NCBI GenBank assembly: GCA_963724065.1
Contig: CAVRTB010000006.1
Location: 133,105-197,104, forward strand
From: an uncultured Solirubrobacterales bacterium
GTDB taxonomy: Bacteria > Actinomycetota > Thermoleophilia > Solirubrobacterales > JBBDJG01
Length of the DNA stretch: 64,000 bases
Reading direction: 5' to 3'
Positions within the stretch are counted from its first letter, which is position 1. Every line of letters begins with the position of its first letter. The notes beneath the pieces were generated by a model that was given only the letters and a program-made list of their open reading frames with translations, made no database searches and was not told the origin of the DNA. Shown here one piece after another: positions 1 through 8,473 of this stretch. Both the position numbers and the translations under genes were made by a program.

Positions 1-2118
1 CTGGTTGGTGATCGTGGCGACGTTCTGGGGCGTGACGTTGATCGCGACGCTCGCGCTGGCGGTGTTCGCCAGGGTCCCGAGCGAGCACGTGACGGTGCCG
101 GACGCCTGCGAGCAGCTCCCCTGGGTCGGCGTCGCGGAGTTGAAGGTCACGCCCGCGGGCAGGGTGTCGGTGATCGTGATGCCGGTGGCGCTCGAGGGCC
201 CGGCGTTGCTGACGGAGACGTTGTAGGTGAGCTGGGAACCGACCGCGGCGGGATCGGGCGTGTCGGTCTTCGTGAGCGCCAGGTCCGCGGCCGGGTTGAC
301 GGTGGTCGACGCGCTCGCGCTGTTGTTGCCCGTGCTCGGGTCGTTCACATTGGACGCGACGGTCGCCGTGTTGCTGATCGAGCCGGTCGACTGCGGCCGG
401 CCCTTGATCTGGATCGTCGGAGTCGCCCCGTTGCCGACGGTGCCGAGCTGGCAGGTGACGGTGCCGCTCGTCTGCGAGCACATTCCCTGCGACGGGGTCG
501 CGGAGTCGAAGATCATCCCGGCGGGCAGCGTGTCGGTGACTACCGTCCCGGTCGCGGCGCGCGGCCCCGCATTGCCGACGGTGAGGTTGTAGGTGACCTG
601 CTGGCCGACCAGCACCGGGTCGGGCGAGTCGGCGTTCGTGATCGACAGGTTCGCGTTCTGTGCGGGCGCGTTGTAGGTGATCGGGTCGAACGTCCGTCCG
701 AGCTCGTCCGTCGGCGTCACGGTCACCGACGTACCGCTCACGCTGACGCTCAAGAAGTGGTGCACGCGATCCTTCGTTGCCGGAACCGGTCCGGCGCCGC
801 AGGCGCTGCCGACGTTCGACTGGTTCGACCAGCCGACCCCATATGCGTCGGTCGCACCGCATCCGCCGTTGGCCCCGACCGACTCCAGGTTCGCGCCGCC
901 GCCTCCGGTGATGTGGGTCGGGATGCCGCCCGACGGTGCGGTGTGGCGCTGGTAGTTGTGCGCATGGCCGTTGAAGCCGGCCGTCACGTCGTAGAGCTTC
1001 AGCAGCCCCTCGAGGGAGTTCGCTCCCTGGAGGTAGGTGTCCGGGCCGCTCTCACTCGAGTCCGACTTGAGCGGGTAGTGCCAGAAGGCGAACCGCAACG
1101 CGCGCGGGTTGTTGGCGAGGTCGTTCGCGAGCCACTGGTATTGCGGCGAGTTCGGCCCCCAGTGGTTGTCGAAGTCGTTCTTGAACGGCGTCGCCGTACC
1201 GGAGTTCGTGTCGTCCCATGCGGTGGTAAGTACGTAAAACCGCGCCAGCCCGGCATCGAAGGCGTACCAGCCGCTCGGGTAGTTCGCCGACGTCGTGCCG
1301 TTCTGGCAGCAATACGTGTCCGTCTGGTAGCGGCCGCTCGAGGTGGCGACCGCGGTGTCCTGTGGCCAGTTGGTCAGCAGGATCGAGTTGTTGTAGTCGT
1401 GGTTGCCGAGCGCGGGGAATAGCGGAAGCGACGCACCCGCGACCTTCCAGTAATTCGGCCCGAAGACGGCGCTCGTGTTGTCGCCCACCTGATAGAGGTC
1501 GCCGTAATCCTTCTGGCTGCCGCTCTCGTAGGCGTTGTCGCCGGTCGTGACCGCGAACCGCGCGCCGCTCTGCGCGATCTGCGAGATCACGTTCGCCTGG
1601 TTCGGGTTGCCGGCGGCGAGGGTCTTCCCCCAGTCGCCGAAGACGGCGAACTTGAACGGCGCGCTCGATCCCGCGGGCATCTGCGTCGTGAAGACCGGAG
1701 AGGCATCGGTGCCGAGCAGGTCGAGCTGGCCGCTGCCGAAGAAGAGGCGGTAGCAGTACTGCGTGTTGGCGGCGAGGCCCGCGATCTGGGCCTTCCACTG
1801 GTACTCGGAGATCCCGTTGACGAGGATGAAGGTGCGCGTAGCCGTGACCGCGCTGGTGTCGCAGGTGCCGCCTACCGGGCCGTACTTGACGGTCGCGCTC
1901 GTGGACGAGATGTCCGTGCCGAAGTTGACCATCACGGACGTGCCGACGAGGTCCGTGAGGTACGGGTAGCGCTTCAGCTTCGCGTCGAACGCCGCCGAGG
2001 AACCCGACGGCAACAGGCAGAGCGCGGCCACCGCCAAAAGCGTGACCACCCCCAACACCCTGCCTCGCATCATGCGCTGCCTCAATGGCTCTCCTTGCCC
2101 GACGGCACCCCGCGACAA
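1..2118 (-). CDS. secreted metallophosphoesterase (purple-acid-phosphatase-like) with C-terminal DUF11-type repeats; 3' end runs off the window
   Basis: Minus-strand frame open from the window edge to the stop at 2212-2214. It is absent from the ORF track because there is no stop in the window. My translation shows FGDWG, TTGDNAY, LGNHD and GHAHNYQR metallophosphoesterase motifs after a PAP-like N-domain. At least two DUF11-like repeats follow (DLxLTKTDxPDP..LTYN..V.N.GP..ATG..TDxLPAG). In-frame starts are only TTG 2118, TTG 2037 and GTG 2031. A better ATG plus signal peptide at 2072 is out of frame. Confidence 0.8.
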   Translation of the reverse strand, partial: MSRGAVGQGEPLRQRMMRGRVLGVVTLLAVAALCLLPSGSSAAFDAKLKRYPYLTDLVGTSVMVNFGTDISSTSATVKYGPVGGTCDTSAVTATRTFILVNGISEYQWKAQIAGLAANTQYCYRLFFGSGQLDLLGTDASPVFTTQMPAGSSAPFKFAVFGDWGKTLAAGNPNQANVISQIAQSGARFAVTTGDNAYESGSQKDYGDLYQVGDNTSAVFGPNYWKVAGASLPLFPALGNHDYNNSILLTNWPQDTAVATSSGRYQTDTYCCQNGTTSANYPSGWYAFDAGLARFYVLTTAWDDTNSGTATPFKNDFDNHWGPNSPQYQWLANDLANNPRALRFAFWHYPLKSDSSESGPDTYLQGANSLEGLLKLYDVTAGFNGHAHNYQRHTAPSGGIPTHITGGGGANLESVGANGGCGATDAYGVGWSNQSNVGSACGAGPVPATKDRVHHFLSVSVSGTSVTVTPTDELGRTFDPITYNAPAQNANLSITNADSPDPVLVGQQVTYNLTVGNAGPRAATGTVVTDTLPAGMIFDSATPSQGMCSQTSGTVTCQLGTVGNGATPTIQIKGRPQSTGSISNTATVASNVNDPSTGNNSASASTTVNPAADLALTKTDTPDPAAVGSQLTYNVSVSNAGPSSATGITITDTLPAGVTFNSATPTQGSCSQASGTVTCSLGTLANTASASVAINVTPQNVATITNQ

Positions 2119-2231
2119 CCGGTCGCAGACGTCCTCAGCCGCATACCCCCGCGGCTCGTGCGATCCTAACCGCCCCAGTTTGCGGGAATCAACCCCTGAC
2201 GAAAGACTTTTTCACGGGCTCGCCGGCGGCG

Positions 2232-3110
2232 TCAGCGGGCGGCCGGGGGCGTCTCGCCCCAGACGTCCTTCTGCGACCGGTATGCGCGCTTGTCGAGTGC
2301 CAGCGCCTTCGCGCGGATCGCATCGAGGTCCGGACCGCTCAGCTTGGGCACCTCGACGAGAACCAGGACCTCGCGCTCCTTGCCGCCCTTGCCGGGTGCG
2401 GCGCGGATGTTGCCGACCTCGGGCGCGTAGTACTTGAGCTGGTGGCCGTCGCCGGGCTCGGCCGGGTTTGTCTCGTCGGTGACGAGCACGTCCTCGTAGC
2501 ATCCGGTCGGGACGCAGTTGCGCTGACCGGTCCTGAACACCTTGGCGACGTCTTCGAAGCCGATCTTCGGCGCAAAGCCGTGGCGGTAGCTCGAGGTGCC
2601 GACCTGCGGATCCGCGCGCATGTGGACTCCTGCGCGCGCACCTTCGACGCCCGACAGCCAGGTGTCGGGTGCGGCCTCGAACTTGCCGTTCTCGTCGTAC
2701 TCCTCCGGGTACTCGCCCATGTTCCAGACGTTGCCGTCATCGTCCTGGGCGAACAGCGCGAGCTCGCCTTCGAGCAACTTGCCGTCGTTGATGTCCTGGT
2801 CGTACATGACCCGGCTGCGGACGCCGTTGATCTCCTTGGTGAGGTCGGTGACGGTGAAGATCACCCGATGCGGTTGGCGGCCGGCGCCGCGATTGGACTC
2901 TCCCTCGTAGATGAACTGCGTTCCGGGCACAAGCGGCGAGTACCTGTTGTCGATCGTGGTCGAGTCCGAGAAGTTCTCGCGATCGAAGCTTTTCTCCGTG
3001 GCGGGCTCCGCCTCGGTCTTGTCTTCGCCACACGCTGCGAGCGCAAGCGGCAGCGCAATCGCGACCACCGCCGCGACGATCGCGGCTGCCCGTCGTCGAA
3101 GGGCGCTCAT
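2232..3110 (-). CDS. lipoprotein of unknown function
   Basis: ORF 2232..3224 trimmed to the internal ATG, giving MSALRRRAAAIVAAVVAIALPLALAAC (signal peptide plus lipobox). ATGA overlap with the stop of the upstream gene (3107-3110) indicates an operon. Confidence 0.7.
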   Translation of the reverse strand: MSALRRRAAAIVAAVVAIALPLALAACGEDKTEAEPATEKSFDRENFSDSTTIDNRYSPLVPGTQFIYEGESNRGAGRQPHRVIFTVTDLTKEINGVRSRVMYDQDINDGKLLEGELALFAQDDDGNVWNMGEYPEEYDENGKFEAAPDTWLSGVEGARAGVHMRADPQVGTSSYRHGFAPKIGFEDVAKVFRTGQRNCVPTGCYEDVLVTDETNPAEPGDGHQLKYYAPEVGNIRAAPGKGGKEREVLVLVEVPKLSGPDLDAIRAKALALDKRAYRSQKDVWGETPPAAR

Positions 3111-4030
3111 GACTGCGTGGGCGGCTTGACCTGCTGGAGCAACTGCTGGTTCTCCTTGCGGAACTGCTCCTCGTACTGCGGCCGCACCTCTCGCTCGACC
3201 GGCTCGATCTCCTGCTTCTCGCACTCGAGGTCCGCGTTGGCGACCTTGACCTCCTCGGCCTGGAGCGATGCGAGTGCCGCACGGTCGTAGCTCGCGCCCT
3301 GCGGGATCGAGGACGTCCCGGCCCTCACGCCGCTGCCGACGATCGACTGGAAGCGCTCGGCGAGATCCTCATCGACCGCGTCTGGCTCCTCGTAGCGGTA
3401 GCCCTTCTCGAGCATGCAGGCCGACCACTTCTCGTTCGCCTTCACCATTCGCTGGTCCTGGATGATGCGCTCGTCGAGGCCGTCGAGCTTCTCGACCAGC
3501 GACGTCAGCACAGCGGCACCCCCGAAGGCGGCGTCGCTCGCCTCCTTCGTGCAACCGCCGAGCTCGCTGAAGTCGCCGTTGTCGACCGCCTCCTGGAACG
3601 TCACGCCGGGGTTGTCCCCTCCGAGCGCGCGGTCGTAGGCGGTCCGATCGGCCGACGCGAGGCCGCTCCTGATCCGCTCGTTCGGGTCGGACTGCTGGTT
3701 GCCCTTGCCGAACAGGGTGCTGATCCCGTAGCCGAATTGCTTGGTGAACTCCTCGTCGGTTATGCGCGCCTTTCCGGTCACCGCCTGCTGCGCCGCGAAG
3801 GGGTCGACGGGCACGTACTCGAAGCCTTGGGTCTTCATGCACTCGCCGATGCGGTTCTCGACGCGCGCCTGGATCTCCTTCGCGCTGTCGCCACCGAAGC
3901 CAAGTGTGTCCTCGAGCTCCTGCGGAGGCTCGTTCGACTTGTTGTCATCACCGCAACCGGTCGCCAAGAGGGCCGCGACCCCCATCAGGACGAGCAGCAA
4001 AAGCCTCCGACGCAGCACCTGCATAGACAT
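3107..4030 (-). CDS. lipoprotein of unknown function
   Basis: ORF 3107..4066. The signal peptide MSMQVLRRRLLLLVLMGVAALLATGC ends in a lipobox-like Cys. GAAAGGA precedes the ATG at 4024. The start is ambiguous (4066 TTG, 4045, 4030 or 4024). Confidence 0.65.
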   Translation of the reverse strand: MSMQVLRRRLLLLVLMGVAALLATGCGDDNKSNEPPQELEDTLGFGGDSAKEIQARVENRIGECMKTQGFEYVPVDPFAAQQAVTGKARITDEEFTKQFGYGISTLFGKGNQQSDPNERIRSGLASADRTAYDRALGGDNPGVTFQEAVDNGDFSELGGCTKEASDAAFGGAAVLTSLVEKLDGLDERIIQDQRMVKANEKWSACMLEKGYRYEEPDAVDEDLAERFQSIVGSGVRAGTSSIPQGASYDRAALASLQAEEVKVANADLECEKQEIEPVEREVRPQYEEQFRKENQQLLQQVKPPTQS

Positions 4031-4095
4031 TCCTTTCGTTCTCATCTTTCCCGCTGGGGGCGACAATAACTACAAGTTCTGGATCTGTCGCGTTT

Positions 4096-5373
4096 TTATG
4101 CGGTCCCGGCACGGAGCGCTTCAACGGGTTCCATGTTGGCCGCGCGCAACGACGGATAGGTCCCGGAGAGCAGGCCGATCAGCGCGCCCACGATCGGCGC
4201 CGCGAGCGGGATCATCGGGTCGAGCACCGGCGTCCAGGTGCGGCTCGCCGCGACGGCGACCACGACCAGGATCCCGAGGCTTGCGCCGATGATGCCGCCG
4301 AGCAGGCCCATCACCGTGCTCTCGATCAGGAACTGCGCGGCGATGTGGCGGCGCGCGGCACCGAGGGCGCGGCGCAGGCCGATCTCACCAACGCGCTCGA
4401 GCACCGACACGAGGGTCACGTTCGCGATTCCGAGCGCTCCGACGAGCAGCGAGACGCCGCCGAGCAGTAGGAAGAGGGCGTTCAGGTCGTTCTCCACATT
4501 GCCGCGCAGTTGCTCGGGGTCGGGCGGAGCGGCCACGCGCAGGAGAGCCGGGTCGCTCGGGTTGAGCGCCTCCGGAGCTTGCCGCACGATCAGGTCCACG
4601 GCGCCGATCTGGGTCTCGATCTGCACCGAGCTCGGGGCCGCCAAGCCGAACTCCCGGCGGGCCGTGCCGTTCGGCAACGTCAACGACCCGAGCAGCGAGA
4701 TCTGGCGCCCAACCTCGCCGACCAGCCCGATCACCTGGTAGAGGCGGTCGCCCAGGAAGATCGCCGGTTGCTGGTCGAGGTTCGTGATGCCGAGCCGTCG
4801 CGCCGCGTTCACGCCAAGCACCGCGACCCGGTCGCCGCGTTCGGAATGCGCGCGGTCCGGGAAGCGCCCGGCGATCAGCTTCGCGCGCACGGCACGCCAC
4901 AGGCCCGGCGACGCGGCGCGCACCGGCAGCTGCACCTCGGTGCGGCCGAGCGGGTCGTTGATCGGTACGGAGCGCACGAGCGTGCCGCGGACGTTCACCT
5001 CGGCGAGCGTCCCGGCCGCGGCTACTCCGTTGAGGCGCTTGATGCGCGCCTCGGAGTCCCAAGGGAGCACGTTCACGGCCGCGCCGCCGCTGCGCTGGGC
5101 CGCCGGCACGGGCGTCACGACCACGTCCGTCGCGGCGACCGCGTCGAACCGCCCGACGATCTGGTTGCCGGCCGTCTTCGACAAACCCATCGTGGCGACG
5201 AGGGCCGCGACCCCGATCACCGTCCCGAGCACGGTCAAGGCGACTCGCGCAGGGCGCGCCATGAGGCCGGCCGCCGCCTCGTTCACCAGGTCGCGCAACG
5301 CCATGCGCGGCTCCGCGAGCGCTCCAGCCGCGGCCTTCGGGCGGCGCGGAAGGCGCAGGGTCGGACGTCTCAT
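4096..5373 (-). CDS. ABC transporter permease, MacB/FtsX type
   Basis: 425 aa. N-terminal TM, large extracytoplasmic domain, C-terminal FtsX-like 3-TM bundle (LFLLLGGVSLLVGALGIANV...). Overlaps the ATPase stop by 4 nt. Confidence 0.85.
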   Translation of the reverse strand: MRRPTLRLPRRPKAAAGALAEPRMALRDLVNEAAAGLMARPARVALTVLGTVIGVAALVATMGLSKTAGNQIVGRFDAVAATDVVVTPVPAAQRSGGAAVNVLPWDSEARIKRLNGVAAAGTLAEVNVRGTLVRSVPINDPLGRTEVQLPVRAASPGLWRAVRAKLIAGRFPDRAHSERGDRVAVLGVNAARRLGITNLDQQPAIFLGDRLYQVIGLVGEVGRQISLLGSLTLPNGTARREFGLAAPSSVQIETQIGAVDLIVRQAPEALNPSDPALLRVAAPPDPEQLRGNVENDLNALFLLLGGVSLLVGALGIANVTLVSVLERVGEIGLRRALGAARRHIAAQFLIESTVMGLLGGIIGASLGILVVVAVAASRTWTPVLDPMIPLAAPIVGALIGLLSGTYPSLRAANMEPVEALRAGTA

Positions 5374-6140
5374 CGCGTCACCTCGGTCAGCTCTCCGTCG
5401 ACGATCCGCACGACGCGCCGCGCGTGGGCGGCGACATCCTCCTCGTGGGTGATCACGACGAGCGTGAGCCCGTCGCGCTCGAGCTCGTGAAAGAGCGCGA
5501 GCACCGACTCGGTATTGGTCGAGTCGAGATTCCCGGTCGGCTCGTCGCAGAGCAGCAGAGCGGGAGAGCCGAAGAGGGCGCGCGCGATCGCGACGCGCTG
5601 CTGCTCGCCGCCGGAGAGCTTCGTCGGCATGAAGTCGCGGCGGGGGCTCATCCCCACGCGCTCGAGCGCGGCTTCGGCGCGGGCGCGCCGGCCCTCGCGC
5701 TCCCCGCCTGCGTACACGTCCGCGAGCATCACGTTCTCGAGCGCTGTGCGGTGCCCGAGCAGGTGGAAGGTCTGGAACACGAAGCCGATCCGCCGCGCCC
5801 GCACCGAGGCGCGCTGCTCGTCGCTGAGGCCCGCGGCGTCGATGCCGTCGACCAGATACGTCCCCTCGGTCGGCCGGTCGAGGCAGCCGAGGATGTTCAG
5901 CAACGTGGACTTGCCGGACCCGGATGGCCCGATGATTGCGAGCCAGTCACCGCGGAAGACGGTCAAGTCGACGCTGCGCAGTGCCTGCACCGGGGGGTCG
6001 GTGCCGAAGGTGCGGCTGATCGAGCGCAGCTCGACGACCGGCTTCCTCTCGCTCGGCACGGGGGTCGCGTCGTCGGGCGGCGCCCACGAGGTGTCCGCCT
6101 GGGGGGTCAGCGTTCCGGTTTCGGGAGCGGGCTCGGCCAC
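5370..6140 (-). CDS. ABC transporter ATP-binding protein (MacB/LolD family)
   Basis: Walker A GPSGSGKST, signature LSGGEQQRVAIARAL, Walker B LLLCDEPTGNLD. Confidence 0.9.
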   Translation of the reverse strand: MAEPAPETGTLTPQADTSWAPPDDATPVPSERKPVVELRSISRTFGTDPPVQALRSVDLTVFRGDWLAIIGPSGSGKSTLLNILGCLDRPTEGTYLVDGIDAAGLSDEQRASVRARRIGFVFQTFHLLGHRTALENVMLADVYAGGEREGRRARAEAALERVGMSPRRDFMPTKLSGGEQQRVAIARALFGSPALLLCDEPTGNLDSTNTESVLALFHELERDGLTLVVITHEEDVAAHARRVVRIVDGELTEVTR

Positions 6141-6149
6141 GACGTGGCT

Positions 6150-8192
6150 TTAGGGGGTCGTGCCCCGGCCGGTGGCGCCCGAGCTCTGGGAGCCGCCCGT
6201 CGTCCCGCCCGTCGTTCCGCCCGTGGTCCCGCTGCCCGTGCTTCCTCTCGACCCCGTGCTGCCGGGCGCGGCGCCGGTCGCTCCGGTGCCACCCGCGGCT
6301 CCGGTGGAGCCGGTGCCGCCCGCGGTCGCGCCGGCCGGCGCGCTGCCCGCGCTGCCGTCGCGCTCACCGACGATCACGAGGTTGCCCGGGGAAAGCTCGC
6401 CTTGCAGCGCGCGGACCTCGACCAGCCCCTGTGCCGCGAGGCCGGGCTCGACCGTCACGTACTCGGTGCGGGTGCCCTGGCGCTGCACCTGCACGCGCGA
6501 CTTGCCGTCAGCCCCGACCGACAGGGCGGTGATCGGCACCGAGAGCACCGCCTCCTGCGTGCTCTTGACCGCGATCGTCAGCTTCACCGAGGCGCCCACC
6601 AGCTGGGCCGGCGCGGTCTTGGGCGTGATCGAGAGGTACACGCGGCCCTGCTCGACCTTGTGGGTGCCGGGCGAATCTGCGACTTGGGTGACGACGCCGG
6701 TGGTCTTGATGCCGAGGTCGGGCTCCTCGATGGCCACCGAGGCCCCGGGTCGCACAAGCTTTGCGTCGGCGATCGACAGCGACGAGTCGATCGCGAGGCG
6801 CGAGTTGCTCACGGTCATCACGCGACCGGTGACGGTGTCGCCGCGCCGCACGCGAACGGAGTCGACGCGCAGTGGAAGGGTGTTGAAGAAGAGCACCTCG
6901 TTCGCCGGCACCGAGACCCCGACCTTGCGCGCGAGCCGCCCGACGTCGCGCTGGGCGCTGCGCGCCTCGGCGCCCGCCGCCTGGATGACCAGCTGGTGCA
7001 GCGAATTGTTGCCGGGGGTGCGCAGCAGCTGCAGGCGCTGCGAGGCGAGCGTCACCTGGCGGCGCGCGTTCGGCAGCGACTTCTGGGCCTTGGTGCGGTC
7101 GGCGCGCGCACGCACGACCGAGTCGCGGCCGGCCTCCTGCGTGGCCCTGCTCGAGGAAATCGATGCGTTCAGGTCCGCCTGCGCGACCGTGACGTCGTCG
7201 CCGGCAGCCCGCACCGCGGATTGAAGCGCCGCGCGCTCCGACGGAGAGGTGTCTGGCGGAGCCTCGGCGAGATTGCGCTGAGCCTCGACGAGCGCGTCGG
7301 CCGCCTTGTTGGCGGCTGCGCGCTTCGTTGCCACCTCGGCAGCGGCGACAGCGTTGTCGCGGCGCTCGTTTGCAAGCGCGAGCGACACCGCGCGAGCCTG
7401 CGAGGCAAGCTCGTGCTCCGCGGTGACGATCGCGTCGCGCGCCGTCTGAAGGTCGATCCGCGCCTGTGCGACGTCAGCGGGCGCAGCGCCCTTGGAGGTC
7501 AGCTGCGCCTGGAGGAACGCGTCCCGCGCGGCTGCCGCCGCGGCGCGCGCCGCCCTCAGCTGGTCGAGCTGCGTGTCGGTTGCCCCGAAGGGCGCCCACC
7601 CCGAGCGCTCGTACCAGGACACGACTGCCGAGGCGGTCGCGGCGTCGTAGCGGCCGTCGACGCTCCCGGGCGAAAATCCCATGCGCGCGAGCGCGCTCTC
7701 GAGTTGCCGCACGTCCTGACCGCGGCTTCCCGGGCCGAGGTCACGGTGCGAGGGCTGTGCGCCCCGCAGCACGAAGACGGGCCGGCCGGAGACCGACATC
7801 GCGGTGCTGCCCTCACTGACGCGGGCGCCGCGCTTCGGCCTCGTGGTGACGATGTCGCTGATCGCCCCGCTGCTCGAGCTCGTCTTGATCTCGGAGGCGG
7901 CAAGCACGACCGGCTGCGGCGAGCCGTAGCGGACCGTGCCGCGCACGATCACCTCGCTCGACAGGACCCGGCGCTCGACGGGCACCGTGATCGCGGACGG
8001 GTCCGGCGCAGCCGTCTCGGCCGCCACCTGTGCCGGCGACTTGATCTGCGCGCCGGCGAACCAGGCGCCGCCTGTCAGGGCGACCGCGGACGCGAGACCG
8101 ACGGTCACGGTTCGACTGAGTCTTATCCCGATGCCCATGCCCCTACTACCCGGCCTCCTGTGGCCTCCCCGGCGTCGCTCCATGCGACGCAC
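6150..8192 (-). CDS. HlyD/MFP-type periplasmic adaptor with peptidoglycan-binding domain and Gly/Thr/Ser-rich tail
   Basis: N-terminal TM. PG_binding_1-like segment (GQDVRQLESALARMGFSPGSVDGRYDAATASAVVSWY). Long Ala-rich coiled coil. C-terminal beta-barrel typical of adaptors. The last ~70 aa are a low-complexity GT/GS run. The start could also be the internal ATG at 8138. Confidence 0.8.
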   Translation of the reverse strand: MRRMERRRGGHRRPGSRGMGIGIRLSRTVTVGLASAVALTGGAWFAGAQIKSPAQVAAETAAPDPSAITVPVERRVLSSEVIVRGTVRYGSPQPVVLAASEIKTSSSSGAISDIVTTRPKRGARVSEGSTAMSVSGRPVFVLRGAQPSHRDLGPGSRGQDVRQLESALARMGFSPGSVDGRYDAATASAVVSWYERSGWAPFGATDTQLDQLRAARAAAAAARDAFLQAQLTSKGAAPADVAQARIDLQTARDAIVTAEHELASQARAVSLALANERRDNAVAAAEVATKRAAANKAADALVEAQRNLAEAPPDTSPSERAALQSAVRAAGDDVTVAQADLNASISSSRATQEAGRDSVVRARADRTKAQKSLPNARRQVTLASQRLQLLRTPGNNSLHQLVIQAAGAEARSAQRDVGRLARKVGVSVPANEVLFFNTLPLRVDSVRVRRGDTVTGRVMTVSNSRLAIDSSLSIADAKLVRPGASVAIEEPDLGIKTTGVVTQVADSPGTHKVEQGRVYLSITPKTAPAQLVGASVKLTIAVKSTQEAVLSVPITALSVGADGKSRVQVQRQGTRTEYVTVEPGLAAQGLVEVRALQGELSPGNLVIVGERDGSAGSAPAGATAGGTGSTGAAGGTGATGAAPGSTGSRGSTGSGTTGGTTGGTTGGSQSSGATGRGTTP

Positions 8193-8382
8193 CTCATGGC
8201 AGCGTCCGAGCTGCCGGCCATCGGGATCGAGTCTAGCCGCGGGTGATTCGCCGCGCTACCCCGAGTCCAACCGATGGGCGCGGCGTTGTGCGAGCGCGTG
8301 GATGTCGAGCCTCGACCGACGACGATGGTTTTCACATATAGAGGCTGGACATGAGACGAAAATGGGTGCGCCCGCATTTCGC

Positions 8383-8412
8383 TTGACTTCGATGAGGTGC
8401 GCTGATTAGGGT
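8383..8412 (+). promoter_or_regulatory. candidate sigma70-type promoter for 8474..9649
   Basis: TTGACT (8383-8388), 18-nt spacer, TAGGGT (8407-8412), in a locally AT-richer intergenic region. GGGAGGA RBS upstream of the ATG at 8474. Confidence 0.45.
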
Positions 8413-8473
8413 CGCTGTTGAGTGCAGGGAGCCGGATTCGATCAACCCGGCGCGGCCTACAGGGAGGAAAGGC

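Noticed and set aside
4070-4085. TTGTAGTT string resembling the MITE terminus
   Set aside because: Only 8 nt match and there is no continuation of the TIR (..CCCACG). This is a chance match in an AT-richer spacer.
6150-6365. Gly/Thr/Ser-rich repetitive DNA
   Set aside because: It is not a separate repeat element or gene. It is the in-frame low-complexity C-terminal tail of the adaptor protein.
5424-8246. 940-aa ORF on the plus strand
   Set aside because: It lies antisense to the ABC ATPase and adaptor genes. The composition is Arg/Ala/Gly/Pro-dominated with no motifs, a typical stop-poor antisense frame in high-GC DNA.
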